Below are positions 19,510-29,406 of a stretch of 64,000 nucleotides of DNA, one piece after another. The notes below the pieces were generated by a model. That model saw only the letters and a program-made list of their open reading frames with translations, had not been told where the DNA came from and made no database searches. The first letter of the stretch is position 1. The number at the start of each line of letters is the position of its first letter. The DNA lies in NCBI GenBank assembly GCA_963613355.1, contig CAVDZA010000009.1, positions 4,115 through 68,114 on the forward strand, written 5' to 3'. The DNA comes from Bulleidia sp. (GTDB lineage: Bacteria > Bacillota_I > Bacilli_A > Erysipelotrichales > Erysipelotrichaceae). The position numbers and the translations under genes were made by a program.

Positions 19510-21411
19510 TTATAACAAACCAATCTCAAAACGAGACGTAATAAACAAATTAAAGTGATAAAAACATAGAATCGTTATATCCCCACTTTCCTTTGTATCA
19601 AAATATGGAATATGTCTCTTTAGTAATTTCTGAATCGTTTCAATACTAGGATGATGATAAATAGAATACGCACCGCTTGATATTAACGCTATTTTAGGTT
19701 GAACTTGATCTAGGAATTTATCGCTTGAAGAAGTTTTAGAACCATGATGACCAAGTTTTATCACATCACATGATAATTTTGGATGATTCTTTAAGATCTC
19801 CTTTTCACTTTCTTCACTCGCATCTGCCATTAAACAAACATTTAAATCATTGAGATTCAATACGTTAACGATTGAGCTATCATTTTCATCATCAGTATCT
19901 AATGAATTGATATCTAATAGTTCATAAATATTAGAACGTATCTTATTTTGATGAGTCAGTATTAATTGATCTACTAGGTAATCATTCATAATATTTGTTT
20001 GATTTCCACTATGATCGTCATCACTATGTGTAATGATCAAAGTATTAAGCGTATTGATTCCTTTCGCATCGAGAAATGTACTTAATGATCGATAAGCAGA
20101 AGGTTTTCCAGTATCAATCAAAATATTATCACTATTCATGGGTGCCCTGATCAAAATAGAATCACCCTGTCCAACATTAATAACAGATAGTTCCATACAT
20201 GGATGAAATAAACCAGTGAGTTGAAAAAAGAATAGTAAAAGAATAGCGTTTCTATAGAAATGTTTTTTCTTTATCATTCTCAAACAAAGAATATACCCTA
20301 TTGTTCCAATTCCTAAGATTGAACCATTCAATACAAAACGATCACTGATTTGATTTAGACAGTTTATAACGATCGTAATAGGTTCAAATAAAGAAACAGA
20401 ACATAACAAATAGATCAAGGATGTCATAAACAAAAGTCCATTCAATCTTTGAATGATTGGATACAAGAATGTTCTAACAATATTGATAGATTGAAATAAT
20501 AGACTTTGAAGAATAAAGATACAGAAATAAATACCACTCTTTTTATTCTCTTGAAAAAGAAAAGAATAGCGATATACAGCTGGAATCAAGAAAGAGGCAG
20601 ACATGATTTGTTTCGGATATAAGATCATGATCAAAGTCATAACGATTCCTGTACATTTTTGATATGAAAAATGATTTTTTAAGATTCGGAATAATAAATT
20701 CTCTACAACCAATAATGGACATCTATAGATGATCATTAAAAGAATAGATAAAACAATATTAATATGATTTCTTTTCTTTTTATCTATAAAGTACTTTAAG
20801 ATCCAATCTATCATCAATAACATTCCAGAATAAGAAAATCCATTTTCATTCATCCAATCTTTCTCTTCATCTACTTTGATATTTAAAAGAGATTTATAAA
20901 GTATCGTTTGGATTTCAGGATCATCTATATTCGATATCTTATTTTGTATCCAATGTCTAATTGAAAAATGATTCTGAACAAAAGAAATATCATCTTCTTG
21001 TAAAGAATAATAAACATCTTGATTTGATAACCACTTTGAATAATTAAATCCAAAGAAATGATATGTAGGTTCAATTTCTTGAGGTGTTCCAATCATTAGA
21101 TATTCACCATCATATTCTAGTGGAGATTCTGTATATACGATAACTTTTTGATTTCCATTTTCTAATATTGAATAATTCGTATTTACTTTTCTTGCGTAAC
21201 CTGTTGTAATCGTAGGTATCGCAGAAGAATAAAATGGAATACAGCTAATCATACATACTAGCAATAAGTAAATAAAAGAATGATCTCTTGTTCGAAAGTA
21301 CCACAGCACTAAAACACTAATCAATGATTGGATCCATAAATACTCTCGAAACACCAAAAATAAAAATACAAGAATGGAGAATAATACAACATTCTCTTTT
21401 ACACTTCTCAT
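19510..21411 (-). CDS. comEC: ComEC/Rec2 competence membrane protein with metallo-beta-lactamase domain
   Basis: Multi-TM N-terminal half; C-terminal NVGQGDS, IDTG, THSDDDHSG, NDSSIV, GHHGSKTSS and YHHPS; follows comEA. Confidence 0.87.
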   Translation of the reverse strand: MRSVKENVVLFSILVFLFLVFREYLWIQSLISVLVLWYFRTRDHSFIYLLLVCMISCIPFYSSAIPTITTGYARKVNTNYSILENGNQKVIVYTESPLEYDGEYLMIGTPQEIEPTYHFFGFNYSKWLSNQDVYYSLQEDDISFVQNHFSIRHWIQNKISNIDDPEIQTILYKSLLNIKVDEEKDWMNENGFSYSGMLLMIDWILKYFIDKKKRNHINIVLSILLMIIYRCPLLVVENLLFRILKNHFSYQKCTGIVMTLIMILYPKQIMSASFLIPAVYRYSFLFQENKKSGIYFCIFILQSLLFQSINIVRTFLYPIIQRLNGLLFMTSLIYLLCSVSLFEPITIVINCLNQISDRFVLNGSILGIGTIGYILCLRMIKKKHFYRNAILLLFFFQLTGLFHPCMELSVINVGQGDSILIRAPMNSDNILIDTGKPSAYRSLSTFLDAKGINTLNTLIITHSDDDHSGNQTNIMNDYLVDQLILTHQNKIRSNIYELLDINSLDTDDENDSSIVNVLNLNDLNVCLMADASEESEKEILKNHPKLSCDVIKLGHHGSKTSSSDKFLDQVQPKIALISSGAYSIYHHPSIETIQKLLKRHIPYFDTKESGDITILCFYHFNLFITSRFEIGLL

Positions 21412-21890
21412 AAAGTAATAGAATCCTTGATCTTTTCAAATTTAGATTCACCAATTCCTTTTACATTCATTAGTTCCTCTAATGTTTGAAATAAACCATT
21501 TTCATTTCGATACGTAATGATCCTAGAGGCTAATGAAGGTCCAATGCCACTAAGTGTTGTTAATTCATCTTCTGTAGCGGAATTGATTGAAATCTTACTC
21601 ATAATGGATGTCGTAGAAGATTGTATTGGTATCGTAACAACATCAGCATCTTTTAATACAGTGTATGGATTTAAAGAAGAGATATCCGCATCATCTCTTA
21701 AAGCGACCATGCTTAAAACATCATTGATCGTAGCGTACATAGGTAATTCTATGTCCTGTTCTTCATGAACAGCTCCTTTAACATGTACACGTATCGTTGA
21801 TTCCGTAGGATCTGATAATACGATTGGTGTTAGATTCACAAATAACACACCACATAATAATAAAAATAGAATAAGCGTTTGTCTTTTCAT
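21408..21890 (-). CDS. comEA: ComEA DNA-binding competence protein
   Basis: N-terminal anchor, SLBB-like VHVKGAV, and HhH repeats INSAT...LSGIGPSLA...VKGIGESK. Confidence 0.92.
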   Translation of the reverse strand: MKRQTLILFLLLCGVLFVNLTPIVLSDPTESTIRVHVKGAVHEEQDIELPMYATINDVLSMVALRDDADISSLNPYTVLKDADVVTIPIQSSTTSIMSKISINSATEDELTTLSGIGPSLASRIITYRNENGLFQTLEELMNVKGIGESKFEKIKDSITL

Positions 21891-21912
21891 ATAAAAGCAC
21901 CTCCACCTATCC

Positions 21913-21938
21913 TATTCACAGTTTTTTTTGAAATTCCA
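21913..21938 (-). promoter_or_regulatory. sigmaH-like promoter of comEA-comEC
   Basis: Minus strand tGGAATT-N14-GAATA matches sigmaH AGGAATT-N14-GAAT except at the first base; a GGAGG RBS follows and no TATAAT is present. Confidence 0.6.
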
Positions 21939-21968
21939 AAAAAAATATCAGAAAATTCTGATATTTTT
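21938..21968 (-). terminator. Intrinsic terminator after greA
   Basis: AAAAATATCAG-aaaatt-CTGATATTTTT inverted repeat with a U-tract. Confidence 0.7.
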
Positions 21969-21970
21969 GA

Positions 21971-22447
21971 TTACTTGATTGAAAGAATTTCAACTTTATA
22001 TGGTTTAGAAACTTCAACAGTAACAACGTCTCCAACCTTACAACCTAAGATTGCTTGAGAAAGTGGAGTTTCATTAGATACTCTACCATTTAAAGGATCA
22101 GCTTCTGTAGAACCTACGATCTGGTAAGTTTCTTCTTCCTTAGTATCCTTGAACAACAATTTAACTGTACTACCAATTTGAACATTCTTTCCCTTTTTCT
22201 TAGAGCTAATTAATTCATAATGTCCAACTTGTAACATGTTTTCCAATTCTTGGATACGATGTTCAACTTCAGCCTGCTTATCTCTAGCAGCATCATAGTC
22301 AGCGTTTTCACTCAAGTCACCTTGAGATCTAGCTTCTGCTAATTCTGCTTTTACTTCTTCACGGACAACATGAACAAGATTATCATATTCATCTTGTAAC
22401 TTTTTAAGACCTTCTTCCGTGACATAAATCTTGTTTTCTTCAGCCAT
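21971..22447 (-). CDS. greA: Transcription elongation factor GreA
   Basis: ARSQGDLSENADY, IVGSTEADP, SNETPL. Confidence 0.97.
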   Translation of the reverse strand: MAEENKIYVTEEGLKKLQDEYDNLVHVVREEVKAELAEARSQGDLSENADYDAARDKQAEVEHRIQELENMLQVGHYELISSKKKGKNVQIGSTVKLLFKDTKEEETYQIVGSTEADPLNGRVSNETPLSQAILGCKVGDVVTVEVSKPYKVEILSIK

Positions 22448-22475
22448 TTTATTACTCCTTATACATGCTTGTGTA

Positions 22476-23105
22476 TTATAGCATCGTCTTCAATAGGATG
22501 CTAGAAATTTTTGTATTCAACAAATCGATTGCGACAGTATTGGCACCACCTTCTGGAATGATAATATCCGCAAAACGTTTCGATGGTTCAATAAAGGACT
22601 CGTGCATTGGACGTACAGTAGAAGTATATTGCGTTACAACAGACTCCATTGTTCTTCCTCTTTCTTGAACGTCTCTGTTTAATCTACGAATAAATCTAAT
22701 ATCTGCATCTGTATCTACAAAGACTTTAATATCTAATAGATTTCGAATACTTTCATCTTGTAAGACAAACAAACCTTCTAAGATCAACACATCACAAGGT
22801 AAACAAACTTCTGTCTGATCACTTCTTGTATGATTAACATAATCATATGTTGGTTTATTAATAGAATTTCCATTAATGAGTTCATTTACTTGTTGAACTA
22901 ATAGATCATTATCAAATGCATCTGGATGATCATAGTTTGTTTTAACTCTTTCACTCATTGGCTTATTTGATTGATCTTTATAATAGTCATCCTGTCGAAT
23001 GACCAATACTCTAGTCATATCTGAAAACTCTTCTTGAATATGTTTTGAAATAGAAGTCTTTCCAGATGCTGATCCTCCAGCAATTCCAATAATTAATGGT
23101 TTCAT
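22476..23105 (-). CDS. udk: Uridine kinase
   Basis: [42 protein letters not shown]. Confidence 0.95.
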   Translation of the reverse strand: MKPLIIGIAGGSASGKTSISKHIQEEFSDMTRVLVIRQDDYYKDQSNKPMSERVKTNYDHPDAFDNDLLVQQVNELINGNSINKPTYDYVNHTRSDQTEVCLPCDVLILEGLFVLQDESIRNLLDIKVFVDTDADIRFIRRLNRDVQERGRTMESVVTQYTSTVRPMHESFIEPSKRFADIIIPEGGANTVAIDLLNTKISSILLKTML

Positions 23106-23563
23106 AGTTCTTTCTCCAAATAACGAATCAATCGATCATCTTGATCATAATAAAATTCATAATAGAATTCCTTTTTATCAATTAACATCTTCTTTAAGAA
23201 GATACGATCACCTTCCCAAAGATCCAATTTGAATATATCCTCTTCTTTCACTTCTACCAAAGTACCTTCATCACATTTTTGATGAATATCAGAATCATAT
23301 GTACCAGTATAAATGATACATGTTTCATCTTCTACATGAGGATAATGAAATTCAATCACTCCTTGTTTATCTAAATCTTTGATTTCTAAACCAGTTTCTT
23401 CAAATACTTCTCGATAAGCACATTGTTCATAGGTCTCATTCTTTTCTACTTTTCCACCTACTCCAATATACTTCCCCTGATTTACATCATTTTCTTTTTT
23501 ATTTCTCAATAGAAATAACCAAGATCCATCTTTCTTTAAATAAACACAAGTACTATATTTCAT
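23102..23563 (-). CDS. NUDIX hydrolase, MutT/MutX-like 8-oxo-dGTP diphosphatase
   Basis: Nudix box [24 protein letters not shown], with the CDEG and LWEGD motifs typical of MutX. Start at ATG 23563. Confidence 0.85.
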   Translation of the reverse strand: MKYSTCVYLKKDGSWLFLLRNKKENDVNQGKYIGVGGKVEKNETYEQCAYREVFEETGLEIKDLDKQGVIEFHYPHVEDETCIIYTGTYDSDIHQKCDEGTLVEVKEEDIFKLDLWEGDRIFLKKMLIDKKEFYYEFYYDQDDRLIRYLEKEL

Positions 23564-23565
23564 AA

Positions 23566-25428
23566 TCAATAACAATTTAGATATTTCGCAACATTCGCAT
23601 TATGTTCATCTAATGTTTCCGCATAATGAACTGTTCCATCCCCACCAGGACATACTTCAGCCATAAAGTAGAGATAATTTGTATCTGCTGGTGAGATAGC
23701 TGCCTGTAATGCTGCTTCTCCAGCATTTTCGATAGGACCAGGTGTTAGACCAGCGTTCTTATATGTGTTATATGGTGAATCATAATCCGGATTAGCTTCA
23801 CATGATTGCCAATTATCTTCTTGTTTATCAAAATCAATTGCGTAACAAACCGTTACAGAACTTTGAAGCATCATTCCTTGATCTAGTCTGTTATAGAATA
23901 CTGAAGCTACTTTGGCTAGATCATCTGGATTTGTACCTGCTTCGTATTGGATGATAGAAGCCATTGTATAGATCTCAGCGATACTATGATTACTAGATTC
24001 GATTTGATCTTTATATTTGTTAAATACAGTTAATGTTTGATCTAATAAAGTCGTTGTGATTTCTTCAGCAGTCGTTTCTTTATTCACATAATATGTTTCT
24101 GGTGCTAAGTAACCTTCTAAATAAATTCTTACACCATCTTTGAACATTTCATCTGTAATAAATGGATATTTTTCTTTTTGAGAAGAGATCCAATCTTTAT
24201 CATTCCAAAGAGTTAATAATTCATCTGCACCTACATTTGTGACTTCAGCGAATTTGTTAGCAGCATCCTTGGCCCAATCACCTTCAATGACAGTAACGGA
24301 AACTTGGTCTCTCTTAGCAGCGTTTTGATCATTCAAATACGTGAACATTTGTTTGATATCCCAACTCTTATCCAAAGTGAATAGACCTTGTTTAACATCA
24401 GTTAAGTTAAATAATCTAGCGTAAGTATAAGCGACATCAGCATTCTTGATAATGCCTTCTTCTTGAAGCTTATTCGCTACATCCTTAACTGTAGAACCAT
24501 CTTCTACCATAAAACGAACTTCTTCGCTTGTTGAAGTTACAGGTTGTAATCCGTTATAGATCGTAAAGACGCCTACACCTAAGACAATCAATAAAATAAC
24601 AATAATTCCAGTTACGATCTTTTGGATCATAGGAGTCTTCTTTCTCTTTTTCATTCTGATTGCCCTTTCTTCCTCTGATTCAAAATCATTTTGAGGAATG
24701 TATGCTTCTTTATATAATTCTTCAAAAGGAACCTTATTTGTCTGAACAACAGGTTGTTTAACTGTACGAGCGTGTTTTGGAACACTACCTGTATTACTTT
24801 CACCTAGTGCTTCAGATAATTCATCCTTTACTTCAGGTAATGGATCATCATCAACCTTTGTCTCAACAACTTCTTCCTGTGTATCTTCTAATGCAGCTGA
24901 TAATTCATCTTCTACACCTGGATCTTCGTCCTGTAAGGAAGCAGGAATTTCAGGATCCACTAATTTTAGGTTTTTATCAGTCACCCATTTCGTACGACCA
25001 TTATCAACGATCTTATAACGACTTGTATTTGGATTGAAATCTTCAATTTCAACTTCATTTCCTAAATAATCGATCTTAGTACCATTACGATATTTTTGAC
25101 CTTCTTTTAAAGCGTCTAGATCTAGATCATCTTCTGTATTTTCTAAGACCATTGTTTTTTCAGTAGGATCTTCTTCTACTTTAGGTGCTTGAATATCTTC
25201 ATGTAAAAGATCTGTGACACTAGGAATTCCAGTTGTTTGATCATATACATTAACTTCATCTAAAGCTTTATTCACATTAGAATGTTCCTTTTGTGGTGTA
25301 GGTTCAGGAACAGGTTCTCCATTTTCACGTAAGATCCTCATCGCACGTGTTTTTTCACCTAATACCACATCAGGCAATTCATCTAATTCATCAAAATCAA
25401 TTTCATCGTTTCTCTTGTTATCAGACAT
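23566..25428 (-). CDS. mltG: Endolytic transglycosylase MltG with a ~270-aa cytoplasmic N-terminal extension
   Basis: Single TM at aa ~270-292, then a YceG domain: LEGYLAPETY, ASIIQYEA, VFYNRL, SPYNTY, GLTPGPI, YLYF. Confidence 0.92.
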   Translation of the reverse strand: MSDNKRNDEIDFDELDELPDVVLGEKTRAMRILRENGEPVPEPTPQKEHSNVNKALDEVNVYDQTTGIPSVTDLLHEDIQAPKVEEDPTEKTMVLENTEDDLDLDALKEGQKYRNGTKIDYLGNEVEIEDFNPNTSRYKIVDNGRTKWVTDKNLKLVDPEIPASLQDEDPGVEDELSAALEDTQEEVVETKVDDDPLPEVKDELSEALGESNTGSVPKHARTVKQPVVQTNKVPFEELYKEAYIPQNDFESEEERAIRMKKRKKTPMIQKIVTGIIVILLIVLGVGVFTIYNGLQPVTSTSEEVRFMVEDGSTVKDVANKLQEEGIIKNADVAYTYARLFNLTDVKQGLFTLDKSWDIKQMFTYLNDQNAAKRDQVSVTVIEGDWAKDAANKFAEVTNVGADELLTLWNDKDWISSQKEKYPFITDEMFKDGVRIYLEGYLAPETYYVNKETTAEEITTTLLDQTLTVFNKYKDQIESSNHSIAEIYTMASIIQYEAGTNPDDLAKVASVFYNRLDQGMMLQSSVTVCYAIDFDKQEDNWQSCEANPDYDSPYNTYKNAGLTPGPIENAGEAALQAAISPADTNYLYFMAEVCPGGDGTVHYAETLDEHNANVAKYLNCY

Positions 25429-25676
25429 TATTCATCTTCCTCCAAGAAAGCACCTAAAACTTCCTGGCACATCTCCCATTCAGCTTCATCCGTAATTTCA
25501 TTCATATTTCCATCTTCATCATAGCTATATGCATAGACATTTCCATCATTCGCATTAGCATCTGTGAATAAAACATAGCTTTTTCCATTCTTATCATCTT
25601 CAAAAGTTAAAATGATTTCAACTTCCTTTTCTTGACCATTCTCATCTGTAATCGTCATTACCTTTGAATCTTCCAT
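25428..25676 (-). CDS. DUF1292 (YrzB-like) small acidic protein
   Basis: TITDENGQE...EIILTF...KSYVL...DEAEWEM; in the conserved alaS-reoM-ruvX-DUF1292-mltG order. Confidence 0.88.
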   Translation of the reverse strand: MEDSKVMTITDENGQEKEVEIILTFEDDKNGKSYVLFTDANANDGNVYAYSYDEDGNMNEITDEAEWEMCQEVLGAFLEEDE

Positions 25677-25696
25677 ATCGATCTCCCTCTCAAATC

Positions 25697-25715
25697 AAAA
25701 GGCGTTTAGCGCCTT
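25697..25715 (-). terminator. Possible terminator after ruvX
   Basis: AAAGGCG-ttag-CGCCTTT-type hairpin with a short U-run. Confidence 0.45.
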
Positions 25716-26131
25716 TATTGTTGTGAATCCAAATATCTTTGTAGGATCTGAACAGCAGCTAACTGATCAATTTTCTTCTTACGATGTTTTCTTGATACAT
25801 CAGCCATCAACAAAATAGATTCAGATTCTTGTGTCGTATTTCTTTCATCCTGCATTTTTACAGGAAGTCCACTTTCAACTTCTAATACTTTTCCAAATTC
25901 TAAACAAATTTGTGCTCTTTCAGCAATGTCACCGTTTTCCAATAATGGTAGACCTAAAACGATGATATCCGGTTTCAATTCTTCTACGACTTCTAATACA
26001 CGATCCATCGCCGTATCATAATCATCTGGTTTAAAACGAATCGTTTTAACAGTAGACGCAATAAAACCAGTTTCTGAAAAACTAACACCACAAGTAACAC
26101 TACCTAAATCAAGACCTAGGTATTTACTCAT
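25715..26131 (-). CDS. ruvX: YqgF/RuvX-family nuclease (pre-16S rRNA processing)
   Basis: LGLDLG, VLGLP, QDERNTT and IDQLAAVQILQ motifs. Confidence 0.92.
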   Translation of the reverse strand: MSKYLGLDLGSVTCGVSFSETGFIASTVKTIRFKPDDYDTAMDRVLEVVEELKPDIIVLGLPLLENGDIAERAQICLEFGKVLEVESGLPVKMQDERNTTQESESILLMADVSRKHRKKKIDQLAAVQILQRYLDSQQ

Positions 26132-26394
26132 TATTTATTTTCCTCTAAATAGAAACGAACAAGTTCTTCAATGATTTCATGTCTTTCAATAGAAGAAATA
26201 ACACTACGAGCATTATTATGTGAAGAAATATAAGCAGGATCATTACTAATCAAATATCCTGCAAGTTGATTGATCGCATTATAACCTCTTTCGTTTAGTG
26301 CTTTTTCAACATGTTTAAGTACTTCACGGATATTCTCTCTTCTCAATTCTTCCGCAGAGAAACTAATTGTTTCCGTCATATTTTTCTGTGTCAT
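26131..26394 (-). CDS. reoM: IreB/ReoM-family regulatory phosphoprotein (UPF0297)
   Basis: [33 protein letters not shown], with an N-terminal ETISF phospho-Thr-like motif. Confidence 0.9.
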   Translation of the reverse strand: MTQKNMTETISFSAEELRRENIREVLKHVEKALNERGYNAINQLAGYLISNDPAYISSHNNARSVISSIERHEIIEELVRFYLEENK

Positions 26395-26466
26395 AATAAG
26401 TCCTCCTTATGCACAATATTTTACTCTATTAATCGTAAAAAGTATAGAATTCTAAGCCTAAAAACA

Positions 26467-26499
26467 AGAAAAAGATAGGAGCTAAGCTCCTATCTCTTT
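26467..26499 (-). terminator. Intrinsic terminator after alaS
   Basis: AGATAGGAGC-taa-GCTCCTATCT with a minus-strand U-tract. Confidence 0.85.
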
Positions 26500-26500
26500 G

Positions 26501-29131
26501 TTACTTTAATAATTCTCTTACTTTAGCGATAGCTTCATCGATCTTAGAAGAGTCCTTCGCACCAGCTTGTGCCATATCAGCTCTTCCTCCACCATTACCA
26601 CCACAGATCATGGCAGCTTGTTTTACGATGTCGCCAGCTTTGATACCTTTATCAATTGCTTCTTTACTAGAAGCACATACAAATGTTGTCTTACCATCTA
26701 CTACATTAGAAACAAACACAAAACCATTTTGTAATTTATTTCTTAACGTTTCAGCGTATTCTTTCAATCCCTTTGAATCTTTACCTTCAAGCTTCAAGAT
26801 CAACGCATTTACACCATTGATTTCTTCTGCTTTGCTTAAAACAGAATCAGCTTCAGATGCCATAGCTTTACTTTCAGCATCACTTACAGCTTTCTTCAAA
26901 GTCGCATTTTCTTCTAATAACTTTAAGATTCTTTCTTGAAGACCATCATAGTTCTTCATCTTTAAGATCTTCGCAGTTTCAAGAAGATATTCTTCTTCCT
27001 TCTTAAAGGAGTTATAAGATTCCATCTTTGTTTCACATGTGATACGTCTTACACCAGAACCTACAGATTCTTCAGAAACGATTCTAAATGAACCAAGATC
27101 ATTTGTGTTATTGACATGTGTTCCTCCACAGAATTCCTTAGAGAAATCACCCATTGTTACGACTCTGACTTCATCGCCATACTTTTCATCAAATAATGCT
27201 GTAGCGCCTGTCTTCTTCGCATCCTCAATTGCCATGACTTCTGTTGTTACTGGAATAGATTCATTGATCTTTTCGTTAACGATCTTTTCAACTTCCTTCA
27301 ACTGTTCGTCTGTTGGCTTTTCAAAGTGTGTAAAGTCAAATCTACCATATTCAGGACAGTTATAAGAACCAGCCTGAGCGATATGATCACCTAATACTGT
27401 CTTTAATGCAGCCTGTAATAAGTGTAAAGAAGAGTGATTTGCACGTGTTCTTTGACGGTTTGCGTAATCATATTCACCTTCTAATGTATCTCCAACATGT
27501 AATGTTCCTTCTACATTAGAAATATGATGTAAAGGTTGTTTATGAGGTGCTTTTTGTACATCAACTACATCTGCCTTGAAAGTATCATTCCATACTTTAC
27601 CAGTATCAGCGCACTGACCACCACTTTCAGCATAGAAACATGTTTCACTTAAGATGACATCTCCTTCATCACTTAAAGAGTCAACTTTGACACCATCTTT
27701 AAATAATCCAATGACTTTGCCGCTAGAATGTGTATCTGTATAACCAGTAAATTTACTATCCTCAGTGAAATCCATTAGATCAGCAGATTGACCATGCATA
27801 CTTTGTTCATTTCCACGAGCAGCTCTAGCACGTTCCTTTTGTGCAGCCATTTCCTTTTCAAATCCTTCAGAATCTACAGTATATCCATTATCTAATGCGA
27901 TTTCTTCTGTTAATTCTCTAGGATATCCATATGTATCGTATAACTTGAATACGACTTCACCAGGTAATTGTTTTGTGTCTGCGTGTTCTTTTAACGCATC
28001 ATTCAATAAAGCTTCACCATTATTCAATGTCTTATGGAAACTTTCTTCTTCATTGCGAACAAGCTTAGAAACAAGATCAACCTTTTCTAAGATATAACCA
28101 TAATAATCTTTCATATTATCAGCACATACCTGTACTAAGTTATACATAAAGGATTCTTCAATTCCTAACTTGATGCCATAACGAACAGCTCTACGTAATA
28201 CACGTCTTAATACATATCCTCTACCTTCATTAGAGAACATCGCGCCATCTGCTAGCGCAAATGTAACTGTACGAATATGATCGGCAATGACACGATAAGC
28301 CATCTTGTATTCTGCCTCATCATAAGAATGTTTTGCGTACTTTTCTGTTGCGTGAATGATTGGTAAGAATAAGTCTGTATCAAAGTTTGTTTCTCCATCC
28401 TGTAAGAAACATACAAGTCTTTCTAATCCCATACCAGTATCAATGTTCTTATGAGGTAGTTCTTTGTATTCGCTTCTTGGCATTTCACCAGGTCTACAAT
28501 CATATTGTGAGAATACGATATTCCAAAGTTCTACATAACGATCATTTTCAATATCTTCAAAGAATAGCTTTTCACCAATTCCTTCAGGATCGTACTTCTC
28601 ACCACGGTCATAGTAAAGTTCTGAGTCAGGTCCACCAGGTCCTCTACCAATTTCCCAGAAGTTATCTGAGTTCTTGGAAATATGAGACTCGATCATACCA
28701 GTCTTGACCCAGATGTTATACGCATCTTCATCATCTGGATAAACAGTAACATAGAGTCTTTCTTTATCCATTCCGATCCATTCTGGACTTGTTAAAAACT
28801 CCCAAGCCCAAGGAATAGCTTGTTCTTTAAAGTAATCTCCAATTGAGAAGTTACCCAACATTTCAAAGAATGTATGGTGACGTGCTGTCTTACCAACATT
28901 TTCGATGTCATTTGTACGAATACACTTTTGAGCGTTGGCAATTCTAGGATTTGCTGGTTTTTCTGTACCATCAAAGTACTTCTTTAATGTTGATACACCA
29001 GCATTGATCCAAAGTAATGTTGGATCATTGTGAGGAATCAAGCTTGCACTTGGTTCGATCATAAATCCTTTTGATTTAAAGAAATCTAAGAACATTTGAC
29101 GAATTTGATTACCTGTTAAATTCTCTTTCAT
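26501..29131 (-). CDS. alaS: Alanine--tRNA ligase
   Basis: HHTFFEMLGNFS, DTGMGLERL, editing-site HSSLH and CGGTH, and C-Ala GGNGGG. Start at ATG 29131 after GGAGG. Confidence 0.97.
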   Translation of the reverse strand: MKENLTGNQIRQMFLDFFKSKGFMIEPSASLIPHNDPTLLWINAGVSTLKKYFDGTEKPANPRIANAQKCIRTNDIENVGKTARHHTFFEMLGNFSIGDYFKEQAIPWAWEFLTSPEWIGMDKERLYVTVYPDDEDAYNIWVKTGMIESHISKNSDNFWEIGRGPGGPDSELYYDRGEKYDPEGIGEKLFFEDIENDRYVELWNIVFSQYDCRPGEMPRSEYKELPHKNIDTGMGLERLVCFLQDGETNFDTDLFLPIIHATEKYAKHSYDEAEYKMAYRVIADHIRTVTFALADGAMFSNEGRGYVLRRVLRRAVRYGIKLGIEESFMYNLVQVCADNMKDYYGYILEKVDLVSKLVRNEEESFHKTLNNGEALLNDALKEHADTKQLPGEVVFKLYDTYGYPRELTEEIALDNGYTVDSEGFEKEMAAQKERARAARGNEQSMHGQSADLMDFTEDSKFTGYTDTHSSGKVIGLFKDGVKVDSLSDEGDVILSETCFYAESGGQCADTGKVWNDTFKADVVDVQKAPHKQPLHHISNVEGTLHVGDTLEGEYDYANRQRTRANHSSLHLLQAALKTVLGDHIAQAGSYNCPEYGRFDFTHFEKPTDEQLKEVEKIVNEKINESIPVTTEVMAIEDAKKTGATALFDEKYGDEVRVVTMGDFSKEFCGGTHVNNTNDLGSFRIVSEESVGSGVRRITCETKMESYNSFKKEEEYLLETAKILKMKNYDGLQERILKLLEENATLKKAVSDAESKAMASEADSVLSKAEEINGVNALILKLEGKDSKGLKEYAETLRNKLQNGFVFVSNVVDGKTTFVCASSKEAIDKGIKAGDIVKQAAMICGGNGGGRADMAQAGAKDSSKIDEAIAKVRELLK

Positions 29132-29144
29132 ATAGCCTCCTAAC

Positions 29145-29362
29145 AAAATAAAAAACGTTCCCAATAACAGGAACGTTATAAACGCGGTACCATCCTGATT
29201 CACATTTACATGTGCACCTTAATTACTTCCTTAACGCGGAACAACGTTATGTTTTTCATACTCTCTAAAGTAGCTTCACTAATATATCTCATGTAAAACA
29301 TTCCACCAAATTGTTTCTCTCTCAAACATAGATATATCGTTACTTATCTTCTTCAACGATTT
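29145..29362 (-). promoter_or_regulatory. T-box riboswitch, Ala specifier (GCU)
   Basis: Stem I has AGUA/GAA loop-E followed by GCU-A (29272-29274), AGAGA and GGUGGAA apical motifs; T-box AGGAUGGUACCGCG (29183-29196); terminator and U-tract before the alaS RBS. Confidence 0.92.
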
Positions 29363-29406
29363 GCATATGTATGTTAGCACTATTTTACGATTGAAACAAG
29401 TTGAAA

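Noticed and set aside
21938..21970. Possible ComK AT-boxes upstream of comEA
   Set aside because: No clean paired AAAA-N5-TTTT boxes; the A/T runs are explained by the greA terminator.
29132..29203. Hydrophobic N-terminal extension of AlaS in the ORF track
   Set aside because: It is the T-box terminator sequence read in frame; the RBS supports a start at 29131.
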